DNA of 41,654 nucleotides. Origin: an uncultured Thermoplasmata archaeon (GTDB taxonomy: Archaea > Thermoplasmatota > Thermoplasmata > JAJSAE01). The translations under genes and the position numbers were made by a program. Below the pieces are notes generated by a model. It saw only the letters and a program-made list of their open reading frames with translations. It was not told the origin of the DNA and did not search any database. Location: NCBI GenBank assembly GCA_964552865.1, contig CAZKII010000003.1, positions 1-41,654 on the forward strand. The letters run 5' to 3'. Shown piece by piece: positions 18,101-25,538 of the stretch; position 1 is the first letter of the stretch; each line of letters begins with the position of its first letter.

Positions 18101-19211
18101 ACGCCCGGGAACTCAGGAGGACAGGCATCAGAAGGCCGTGGACGAGCTTTATGACATTGCCGAGAGCATCTATCAGCAGATCGAGAAGGGGAAGATACCG
18201 AAGATGGACATCCCCCTGAGGACCAAGAACAATATAAAGTTCAACAGGAGGGCCAGCGTCTGGACCTACGGGAAGCAGATGGGGGTGCGGAGCGCCAAGA
18301 AGCTGAAGGGTGCCTACATGCTTCTGAGGACCATGTACATGCTGGAGTTCATTCAGGAGATGATAAAGAAGAAGAAATCCTCGACGCTGAGGGAGATGTA
18401 CTACATCTCTGAGGGGTGGAATGCGGCCAAGTTCCACAGCCAGGACGAATCCAATAAGCTGGCCGAGGACCTGGAGATAGTGACCGGCTGCATGAGGGAG
18501 GACTTCAAGCTCCGGCCCGAGGAGGACGGGGCCCGCATAATGGGGAACATAACCATAGAGGAGACCAACAGGAAGGGGATGAAGAAGAGGATCAACTGCC
18601 GTGACGATGTGGGGGATTCCGGCTATGGCATACCGTTCAATGTGGAGAAGGATAAGATACGGTTCATAGAACACGATGTGGATTTCATCGTGGCCATAGA
18701 GACCGGCGGTATGTTTGACAGGCTGGTGGAGAACGGGTTCGACGAGAGGTACAGGGCCCTGCTTGTTCATCTCAAAGGGCAGCCGGCCAGGAGCACGCGC
18801 CGTTTCCTCAAGAGGGCGAACGAGGAACTGGGCCTTCCCGTGATAATCTTCACCGACGGCGACCCGTGGTCTTTCCGTATATTCGCATCTGTGGCCTACG
18901 GAGCCATAAAGACCGCTCACCTCTCGGAGTATCTGGCAACCCCCACGGCGGAGTACATCGGGATAACCGCCAGCGACATACTGAACTACGACCTGCCCAC
19001 CGATAAACTCTCCAAGCAGGATGTTGCGGCGCTCAGGTCGGAACTCACGGACCCACGCTTCAAGGGGCAGTTCTGGAAGAACGAGATCGAGCTGATGCTG
19101 GAGATAAACAAGAAGGCGGAACAACAGGCGCTGGCCAAGTACGGCCTTGACTTCGTAACGGACACATATCTGCCGGAGAAACTGTCCGAACTCGGTGTTA
19201 TGAGGAGGTAG
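18093..19211 (+). CDS. top6A: DNA topoisomerase VI subunit A (Spo11 family)
   Basis: Spo11/TopVIA-like blocks STLREMYY (putative catalytic Tyr region), VAIETGGMF and [11 protein letters not shown] (Toprim). ATG 18093 overlaps the top6B stop (18098-18100) and follows GGAGGT at 18080-18085. The track ORF opens at TTG 18084. Confidence 0.9.
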   Translation: MTERPGTQEDRHQKAVDELYDIAESIYQQIEKGKIPKMDIPLRTKNNIKFNRRASVWTYGKQMGVRSAKKLKGAYMLLRTMYMLEFIQEMIKKKKSSTLREMYYISEGWNAAKFHSQDESNKLAEDLEIVTGCMREDFKLRPEEDGARIMGNITIEETNRKGMKKRINCRDDVGDSGYGIPFNVEKDKIRFIEHDVDFIVAIETGGMFDRLVENGFDERYRALLVHLKGQPARSTRRFLKRANEELGLPVIIFTDGDPWSFRIFASVAYGAIKTAHLSEYLATPTAEYIGITASDILNYDLPTDKLSKQDVAALRSELTDPRFKGQFWKNEIELMLEINKKAEQQALAKYGLDFVTDTYLPEKLSELGVMRR

Positions 19212-19215
19212 AAAA

Positions 19216-19224
19216 CCTTTAAAC
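19216..19224 (+). promoter_or_regulatory. TATA box upstream of cca
   Basis: CCTTTAAAC is centred about 26 nt upstream of GTG 19245. Confidence 0.35.
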
Positions 19225-19244
19225 TTCTCCGTACATTGTGGGTC

Positions 19245-20600
19245 GTGGACGAGATCGAGAAGAGAAAGGAGATTTATTCGCAGGTTCTCAGCAGGCTTGC
19301 TCTGCCGCCGGAGGTTGAAAGCAGGCTACATTCTACGGTGGAGGGTATCATCGCTGCCGTTGAAGAGGAGGCCAGTGCCACAGGTGTGAAGGTGGAGCCG
19401 GTCCTGGTCGGCTCCGTTGCCAAGGGGACATGGGCGGGGGAACCCGACATCGATGTGTTCATGCTCTTCGACCCCGGAGTCCCGAAGGAGGAGATGGAGG
19501 AGTGGGGTCTGAGGACCGGGAAGAAAATCCTTCCGGAATGGGAGGAACGGTATGCGGAGCATCCGTATGTACATGGGTATCTCAACGGCTTCGAGGTGGA
19601 TCTGGTCCCTGCGTATAAGATAGAGATAACCGACGAGCGAAGGATAATAAGCTCGGTGGACCGCACCCCGCTTCACACGAGGTTCGTGATGGAGAATCTG
19701 GAGGAATCACAGAGGGACGAGGTTCGGCTTCTGAAGAGATTCATGAAGGGCGCAGGCGTATACGGCGCCGATGCCGGCACGGAGGGATTTTCCGGTTATC
19801 TGTGTGAACTCCTGATAATCAGGTATGGTGATTTCGAGTCGGTGCTGAAGGCTTCCTCTGGCTGGAGAGCAGGCACCGCTCTCTCGCTTGACGGGAAAAA
19901 GAGCCGGAGGTTCGACTCCCCGTTTGTTTTCATAGACCCCGTGGACGCCGGCAGGAATGTGGCCTCTGCGGTCTCCCTCCAGTCTCTCGGGCTCTTCATA
20001 TACGCCGCTTCGGAATTCATGAGACGCCCGGACATGGCATTCTTCTTCCCGCGCCCTCCGGAACCGCTCCCTTCGGAGGAATTGAGGGATATGGCACGTT
20101 CCAGAGGCACCGATATCATCCTTATATCCTCGGAGAGGCCTGATGTCATAGACGACATACTCCTACCGCAGGTCAAAAAGTTCGTTCGCTCCGCCCTTCG
20201 CGCCCTTGAAGTGGAGGACTTCGTCCCTTACGGCTCGGCCTATTGGGTTACCGATGCCGGCATTTCCGTGCTGCTGGAGCTGGAGAGCGCGACCCTGCCC
20301 CGTGTTAAGAAGCACGAGGGACCTCCCGCGTGGGTCGGCAATTCCTCTGAGTTTCTGGAGCGATGGAGTGGAAACTGCATTAACGGCCCATATCTTGAGA
20401 ACGGGCGCTGGTTCGCCGACATAGAGCGCCGGCATGCGGACGCGGTCTCGCTTCTCAACGAGCGTTTCTCCGCAGGATTGGGAAAGGACATACCGCCGCC
20501 GGTGGTGATCAATAGGCTGACGGATTTCTCCGTGCTTGACGAAGAAGCAGCGCTCCTGCTCACCTCTTATCTTCAAAGAAAATTTCCGTGGGAGCTCTAG
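19245..20600 (+). CDS. cca: CCA-adding enzyme (archaeal class I tRNA nucleotidyltransferase)
   Basis: GSVAKGTWAGEPDIDVFMLF nucleotidyltransferase motif, YAEHPYVHG, VDRTPLHTRF, GFSGYLCELLII. There is no in-frame ATG near the 5' end, so the start is GTG 19245 (favoured by TATA spacing) or TTG 19236. Confidence 0.88.
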   Translation: MDEIEKRKEIYSQVLSRLALPPEVESRLHSTVEGIIAAVEEEASATGVKVEPVLVGSVAKGTWAGEPDIDVFMLFDPGVPKEEMEEWGLRTGKKILPEWEERYAEHPYVHGYLNGFEVDLVPAYKIEITDERRIISSVDRTPLHTRFVMENLEESQRDEVRLLKRFMKGAGVYGADAGTEGFSGYLCELLIIRYGDFESVLKASSGWRAGTALSLDGKKSRRFDSPFVFIDPVDAGRNVASAVSLQSLGLFIYAASEFMRRPDMAFFFPRPPEPLPSEELRDMARSRGTDIILISSERPDVIDDILLPQVKKFVRSALRALEVEDFVPYGSAYWVTDAGISVLLELESATLPRVKKHEGPPAWVGNSSEFLERWSGNCINGPYLENGRWFADIERRHADAVSLLNERFSAGLGKDIPPPVVINRLTDFSVLDEEAALLLTSYLQRKFPWEL

Positions 20601-20602
20601 TT

Positions 20603-21310
20603 TCAGCTGAGGGAGAGTTCGTGCGCTTCGCTGGTGAATCCGTTGCCGGCCGCGTCCTCTGCGTGTATGACGAACGTGTAGTGCCCTGCGGTTAGGTCCG
20701 GCTGGCACTGGAATGTGTGTGTGTTCTCCATTCTGACCATGTTCAGCGTGATGTTCACCGTGCCGTCATTGTTCGATATTATGGCCGTTACCGTGCTGAG
20801 CTCCCCGTTGTCCGTGACATTGGCCCGTATGGAGATGTTGCTGCCTGCGGGTATCTCCTTCCCCTCTGCCACTGGAACCCATGTTGTGCTGTTGTCCGTG
20901 GTGTTCAGGTTCTGGACATAGACTGCCACGCCTCCGATCTCCGGGTGCGAAACATCCGTTATCGGGTAGTTGAAGAGCAGCACCCATACTGCGAGAAATG
21001 TGAGGAAGTATATGGAGTAGTGGCCGAACCAGTCCTTCTTTTCCAGTTTTGAGGTATCTCCCGCCTTCTCCGCGATATTTTTCAGCGGGAAAAAGCCGGC
21101 TATTCCTACCATGAGCCCTATTATGGCGTTATTAAGCTCCAGTGTGAGAAAAAACGCTATGATGCCCATTGCAAGAGCGAACCCCGTCACGGCAAATAGG
21201 ATTCTGGCCATCGCCATCTCCTTGAGAATGAACTCCTTCCTGTCGAACTCCGGGAATTTGAAGGAGCCAGTCTCTTCCTCTTCATCCTCCTTCCTCTTTC
21301 TCTTAGCCAT
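20603..21310 (-). CDS. Hypothetical membrane protein with charged N-terminus, 3-4 TM helices and a C-terminal Ig-like extracellular domain
   Basis: 235-aa ORF 9 nt downstream of eif2g, with GAGGGGAGAG SD. TM segments ILFAVTGFALAMGIIAFFLTL, IIGLMVGIAGFF and IYFLTFLAVWVLLF. Beta-rich tail with NxS/T sequons. Confidence 0.6.
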   Translation of the reverse strand: MAKRKRKEDEEEETGSFKFPEFDRKEFILKEMAMARILFAVTGFALAMGIIAFFLTLELNNAIIGLMVGIAGFFPLKNIAEKAGDTSKLEKKDWFGHYSIYFLTFLAVWVLLFNYPITDVSHPEIGGVAVYVQNLNTTDNSTTWVPVAEGKEIPAGSNISIRANVTDNGELSTVTAIISNNDGTVNITLNMVRMENTHTFQCQPDLTAGHYTFVIHAEDAAGNGFTSEAHELSLS

Positions 21311-21319
21311 TCTCTCCCC

Positions 21320-22534
21320 TCAGCCGGTTATTATTCCGTATCCGATCAGGCGCCACTTGTTGCCTATTCTTCTGGATATCGCGACCCTCTGCCCTTCTTC
21401 GGCGCATATGGGGAGCTTGAGCTTCATCTCGGCACTTTCCGCCCGCCCGCTCTTCACGATTCCAACGGTGGTGGTGGTCCCGATGTTCATCATCAGCGGC
21501 TCTCCTGTCTTTATCCCCTCCACCTCTATCTCCTTCTGGCTTCCCACCACTCTATCGAGGAGGTGCGTTTCCATCGTAAGGGTATGTCTCACGGGAGGAA
21601 GTGTTCCCGGGATGCCGATGACCCTGCCGTTCAGCGAGTCGGATTTGGTTATCTGCGGGTCAAGCTCGGTTCCGACAGCCGCCAGACCGCCCGGCCCTAT
21701 CTCCTTCCTTGACTTGCCTCCTGCGTGAAGAGAAACAACCTTGGTTTGCAGAGGGGCCCAGTCGTCCACCTCCTTCACGCCGGGAGCGATCTCTATCTCA
21801 TCCCCTACCTTCAGGACACCCTGTATCAGCGAACCGCCTATGACCCCTCCTTTCAGGTCCTTCGGCCTCTTGCCCGGTGTGTTTATGTCGAAGGAACGGG
21901 CAGTGAAGAGCCTTGCAGGCTTTGTCCTGTCCCTCTCCGGTGTCGGTATGGTCTTTTCAATGGTCTCTATGAGAACGCTTATGTTCGCGTCGTGGTGGGC
22001 CGATACCGGTATTATCGGGGCATCTTCAGCAACGCTCCCCTTCAAAAATTCCTTGATCTCGAGGTAGTTCTGATAGGCCTCTTCCTGCGTGACGAGGTCT
22101 ATTTTGTTCTGCACCACCACGATGTTTCGAACGCCGGCTATGTTCAGCGCCATCAGGTGCTCCTTGGTCTGCGGTTGCGGGCACTTCTCGTTGGCTGCTA
22201 TGAGCAGGAGCGCTCCGTCCATGAGGGAGGCACCGGAGAGCATGGTGGCCATAAGGGTCTCGTGCCCGGGGGCGTCCACGAAGGATACCGCCCTGAGCAT
22301 CTCTGTCTTCGCCCCGCATTTCTTGCACTTCTTGTCGGTGCCGTAGGTTTCGCACTCGGGGCATTTGTAGAATGTCGTGTCTGCGTAGCCCAGCCTGATG
22401 GATATCCCGCGCCGTATCTCCTCCGAATGGCGGTCGGTCCACTCGCCGGAGAGCGCCTCTGTCAGGGTTGTTTTCCCGTGGTCGACATGACCTATCATGC
22501 CTATGTTTACCTCAGGCTGGACATCTACTTTCAT
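21320..22534 (-). CDS. eif2g: Translation initiation factor aIF2 gamma subunit
   Basis: [11 protein letters not shown]1 motif, DAPGHE, NKID, and a zinc ribbon [17 protein letters not shown]. 4-nt overlap with rps6e. Confidence 0.93.
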   Translation of the reverse strand: MKVDVQPEVNIGMIGHVDHGKTTLTEALSGEWTDRHSEEIRRGISIRLGYADTTFYKCPECETYGTDKKCKKCGAKTEMLRAVSFVDAPGHETLMATMLSGASLMDGALLLIAANEKCPQPQTKEHLMALNIAGVRNIVVVQNKIDLVTQEEAYQNYLEIKEFLKGSVAEDAPIIPVSAHHDANISVLIETIEKTIPTPERDRTKPARLFTARSFDINTPGKRPKDLKGGVIGGSLIQGVLKVGDEIEIAPGVKEVDDWAPLQTKVVSLHAGGKSRKEIGPGGLAAVGTELDPQITKSDSLNGRVIGIPGTLPPVRHTLTMETHLLDRVVGSQKEIEVEGIKTGEPLMMNIGTTTTVGIVKSGRAESAEMKLKLPICAEEGQRVAISRRIGNKWRLIGYGIITG

Positions 22535-22929
22535 TTCTTCTCCTCTTCTCCGCCGGAAAGAAGCTCTTTGACATCACCGGAGCCGTACGATATGATCTTC
22601 ATGTTTATCTGGACGGTGTCCTGACTTATGGTGTTTCCCCGGAAGGTCTTTCTGCGCCTCTCGCCACCGTATTTCGGGTGGAAGCCGAAGCCCTCCGAGA
22701 CCAGAATCTTCTTCCTTCTGGGGCCGGGCAGGTCGGGCCGCATGGGTGTTCCGTCCTTGTCGCTTCCGCCGGTGATCACCAGCTTGAAGCCCTGAAGACC
22801 GACCATCAGACCGTCCACCTCGTCCTTTATCTTCTTACCGATGAGTGCGTTGGCCTGATTCCCGCTGACTGTGCGGTTATATGACATTCCTGCCTTGGGA
22901 TCATTGATAACAACCTTAAACTCGGTCAT
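22531..22929 (-). CDS. rps6e: 30S ribosomal protein S6e
   Basis: [11 protein letters not shown]...[32 protein letters not shown]...[12 protein letters not shown] is typical S6e (132 aa). ATG at 22927-22929 follows AAGGTGA SD. The upstream 72 codons of track ORF 22531..23145 run antisense through the tRNA gene and are rejected. Confidence 0.9.
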   Translation of the reverse strand: MTEFKVVINDPKAGMSYNRTVSGNQANALIGKKIKDEVDGLMVGLQGFKLVITGGSDKDGTPMRPDLPGPRRKKILVSEGFGFHPKYGGERRRKTFRGNTISQDTVQINMKIISYGSGDVKELLSGGEEEKK

Positions 22930-23022
22930 TCTATCACCTTGACTTTTCACCCCAATATGCAGGGGGTTTATAAGAGTTGTCCTGATATGAGCCGGGCCAA
23001 AGCCTCCCTCCTCCGTAAAAGC

Positions 23023-23032
23023 ATTTATATAT
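23023..23032 (+). promoter_or_regulatory. TATA box (with A-rich BRE) for tRNA-Arg
   Basis: GTAAAAGC-ATTTATATAT is centred about 30 nt upstream of the mature tRNA 5' end at 23059. Confidence 0.5.
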
Positions 23033-23058
23033 CCGTGTTTTCCTTCCATCATCCCCTT

Positions 23059-23132
23059 GCTCGAGTGGGGTAGTTTGGATATCCTTGGGGCCTGCGGAGC
23101 CTCTGACCCGGGTTCGAATCCCGGCTCGAGCA
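23059..23132 (+). tRNA. tRNA-Arg (anticodon GCG)
   Basis: Hand-folded cloverleaf. The 7-bp acceptor GCTCGAG/CTCGAGC is perfect. U8, A14, G18G19 and A21 are present. Anticodon stem GGGGC/GCCTC, loop CTGCGGA (anticodon 23094-23096). T arm CCGGG-TTCGAAT-CCCGG, discriminator A. No encoded CCA and no intron. Confidence 0.88.
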
Positions 23133-23440
23133 CATCTTTCTCCAATTTATGCAGATGTGCTCAAGCCGTTTGTTCTCCTTACCAGTCGAACATCCCGGCT
23201 CGAGCGCACTTCTTTTTAATTTATCCAAGTGCGCTCATTGACTCCCGTAAGGGAGCCAGCAGCGCAACCCAATTTTTCAGGTGCGCTAGAGTCTCACCAG
23301 CTTCGCTGGTTTCAACATCGAGCGCATCTTTCTCCATTTATGCAGATACGCTCAAGCCTTCAGTTCTCCCTGTCGGTCGAACACCGCTGCCCATAAATGG
23401 GCCGCTAATTCTCCCTGACGGTCGAAAACCCCGGCTCGAC
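23128..23440 (+). repeat. Degenerate array of tRNA 3'-end (T-loop/acceptor) copies interleaved with 10-bp-stem hairpins
   Basis: Hairpins: GAGCACATCT/AGATGTGCTC (23128-23162), GAGCGCACTT/AAGTGCGCTC (23202-23236), a weaker AGCGCA/TGCGCT (23261-23287), and GAGCGCATCT/AGATACGCTC (23320-23353). Copies of the tRNA segment TTCGAATCCCGGCTCGAGC lie at 23185-23205, 23376-23392 (decayed) and 23420-23440, plus a deleted form at 23309-23326. Confidence 0.75.
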
Positions 23441-23479
23441 TGTGCAATTTTCCGCTTTTCTCGGCTGCTGGTATTTTCC

Positions 23480-25399
23480 TTAAAACCCGTGTTTCTCCAC
23501 TATTTCCCCCGGCCCCGGCGGGAGTATGCTGACCACCGAATCTACCGGCCAGTCGAACAGTTTCGCGATTTCCCTTGCGATATCCTCCTTCCTTCTCTTC
23601 CCCGGTGTGATGACCACATACCTTTCCGTGAAGGCCTTTATGCTCTCCACGGGTGCGCAGACAAGCTTCGGAACGCCCTCGTACTCGATCTCCCCCACGG
23701 CCACCTTAAGTTCCAGGTCCTTGAAGTAGTTTCTCTTTCCCCTGATCACAAATGCCCCTTTCGCGAGGAATTCCCCTGCCTGAGGCGTCTTGCTCACCTG
23801 CTCCGGCGTAACCCAGTATGCGACCCCCGAACCGATGTCCGCTCCCCATGCCTTGGACATGCAGAGGGAGAACTGGCCCGCTTCCTTTAGCGACTGCTCG
23901 CCGCACCCATCCTCCATTCTCACCACCACGCTGGGGGCTCCGTGGATGTCCGCGTGAACATAGCGGTCCCCCTGCCTCAGCCTCTTTGCAACCACTTCCT
24001 CGTTGCTTCTGGCGTCCTTTCCGCCCATGGCCAGACATCCTTCGCTGGTGATGAACCACCTGTATTTCTCGAACCAGAACCTTTTCTCACGCCTCTGCCG
24101 CCTGCCGCTCTGTTTTTCCTCCTCTCCTTTCTTCATTGCGGCCGCCAGTTTCTTCTCGCTGATTTCTATGGCCTCCTGCCCCCTTCTCGCCTTTTCCCGC
24201 AGTTTCTTCGCCTTCTCGTAGAGGATGTTCGTGTTGTAATTCACATCCTCCGTGAAGTACAGGGTGTATGTGTAATCCCTGATCTTTGCCTTTATCGTCT
24301 TATCCTTCGGATTGAGGTCCGCCAGCATCTCCTCTCCGGCCAGCCACTTCCTGAATTCCGCAAGGGGGAGGGATTCCCATTTTTCCCGTATGATGGAGAG
24401 GAGCTTATCGAAGGATGCGTAGTTCTCGTAGATATAATCGGCCATCGCCTTGTATAATTCCGCCTCTTTCTCGTATCTGGCCAGAGTTTCCTTCTGTGTT
24501 TCAATCTGCCTTTTGATGCGTTCCACTTCCGGATTTTTCTTCTCCTCTTCCGGCATGGCGGCCACGTATTTTTCGATGGCCGCGGAGAAAGTTTCCGTTT
24601 CCTCCTTTTCGAGGTTTCCATACCTGCGCAGTTCCACAGGGCACGCATCTATCATCTCTCCGTCCTCGAACACCAGATTCGGGCTCCTGTCCCCTTTTAT
24701 CTCTTTTATAAGGTCTCCGATGCTTCCGGCGATCCTTTCGCACTGCTCCGGTGTTATATCCTGTGCGGCCAGCCCTTTTTCTATTCCTGCCCTGATGGCT
24801 ATTTCTTCTCCGAAGGTGGGGCCGAGGTTGAATCTGGTGATCAGCGTTCTGACCGCATCCGAAGACGACGAGGCCATTATCTCCTTCACCGTCTCTGCGT
24901 CCACATCTATGCTCCCTATTCTTGAAGGGGGGCCTCTGTATGTTTCATTGGGGCGCAGCACCCTGTCCTTCCACCTTCCCATTTTCATAACCGCGCGAAT
25001 TATCCCCTCGCTATCGCAGACCACCAGATTTCCTGTGGAGAAGAGCTCGGCGTAGATGTGATAATCCTCACCCCTGAACAGGTGTATGTCCACGATTCTC
25101 TCGAAGCCCACCTGACTTATCCCCTTCACCCTCGCATTGTCGATGAGTTTTCTCAGCCTCATGGCGAATGAGGAGGCCGTGGGTGGGTTCTCTCCCGGGT
25201 TATCAGTGAGGTAAATCCACTTTCCTGGCCGTATCAGCATATCCCTCCTTCCGTTCTTCGCATTGAACCTTATGAGCACATCGCCGTTCTCCCTGTGGAA
25301 TATCTTTGATATGAAGGCTCCGCTCAGCTCTGCATTGAGTTCGTCGCTCATGGCCATGATGTCCATGGCGCTCATGTCCTTCTTTCGGCGGTAGGGCAT
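23480..25399 (-). CDS. NFACT-family (Rqc2/RqcH/FbpA-like) RNA-binding protein with DUF814/NFACT-R domain
   Basis: N-terminal NFACT-N-like MSAMDI..ELN..L.GAFISKIF, a long central coiled coil, and C-terminal GGKDARSNEEVVAKRLRQGDRYVHADIHGAPSVVVR. An alternative start is ATG 25375. Confidence 0.8.
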   Translation of the reverse strand: MPYRRKKDMSAMDIMAMSDELNAELSGAFISKIFHRENGDVLIRFNAKNGRRDMLIRPGKWIYLTDNPGENPPTASSFAMRLRKLIDNARVKGISQVGFERIVDIHLFRGEDYHIYAELFSTGNLVVCDSEGIIRAVMKMGRWKDRVLRPNETYRGPPSRIGSIDVDAETVKEIMASSSSDAVRTLITRFNLGPTFGEEIAIRAGIEKGLAAQDITPEQCERIAGSIGDLIKEIKGDRSPNLVFEDGEMIDACPVELRRYGNLEKEETETFSAAIEKYVAAMPEEEKKNPEVERIKRQIETQKETLARYEKEAELYKAMADYIYENYASFDKLLSIIREKWESLPLAEFRKWLAGEEMLADLNPKDKTIKAKIRDYTYTLYFTEDVNYNTNILYEKAKKLREKARRGQEAIEISEKKLAAAMKKGEEEKQSGRRQRREKRFWFEKYRWFITSEGCLAMGGKDARSNEEVVAKRLRQGDRYVHADIHGAPSVVVRMEDGCGEQSLKEAGQFSLCMSKAWGADIGSGVAYWVTPEQVSKTPQAGEFLAKGAFVIRGKRNYFKDLELKVAVGEIEYEGVPKLVCAPVESIKAFTERYVVITPGKRRKEDIAREIAKLFDWPVDSVVSILPPGPGEIVEKHGF

Positions 25400-25498
25400 G
25401 GATGGAGATGGGGTTATGGGTTAAAAAGGTGATGCCCGTCTGGATGGAGATGTTTAAATGTAATAGAAGTGTGAATACTCGGCGGAAGGAATGCAAAG

Positions 25499-25508
25499 TA
25501 ATAAATAT
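25499..25508 (+). promoter_or_regulatory. TATA box for the giant subtilase gene
   Basis: TAATAAATAT is centred about 35 nt upstream of ATG 25539. No SD, so the 5' UTR is very short or absent. Confidence 0.4.
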
Positions 25509-25538
25509 CTCTTCTGCCCTTAACTCCCTTGTGGTATA

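Noticed and set aside
16916-19124. Minus-strand ORFs 16916..17806 (296 aa) and 18066..19124 (352 aa)
   Set aside because: They are antisense shadows of top6B and top6A. The same reasoning applies to 21725..22624 (+) opposite eif2g, 32951..33895 (-) opposite fprA, 4303..4908 (-) opposite acdA and 23942..24457 (+) opposite the NFACT gene.
22930-23145. N-terminal 72-codon extension of the S6e ORF (track ORF 22531..23145)
   Set aside because: Canonical S6e begins at [11 protein letters not shown], with an AAGGTGA SD before ATG 22929. The extension is antisense to the tRNA gene and its promoter.
23128-23440. Possible CRISPR array
   Set aside because: The repeats are degenerate and irregularly spaced (about 75-190 nt), and they are partly derived from the tRNA 3' end. 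There are no uniform spacers, no leader and no cas genes in the window.
23057-23890. 277-aa + strand ORF
   Set aside because: It starts inside the tRNA-Arg gene, reads through the tRNA-fragment/hairpin array and then runs antisense to the NFACT gene. The tRNA fold and the repeats explain the region better.
23133-25399. Integrated element or prophage at the tRNA-Arg 3' end
   Set aside because: There is no integrase, transposase or viral gene. The first gene downstream is a conserved NFACT protein on the opposite strand, and only short att-like fragments are present.
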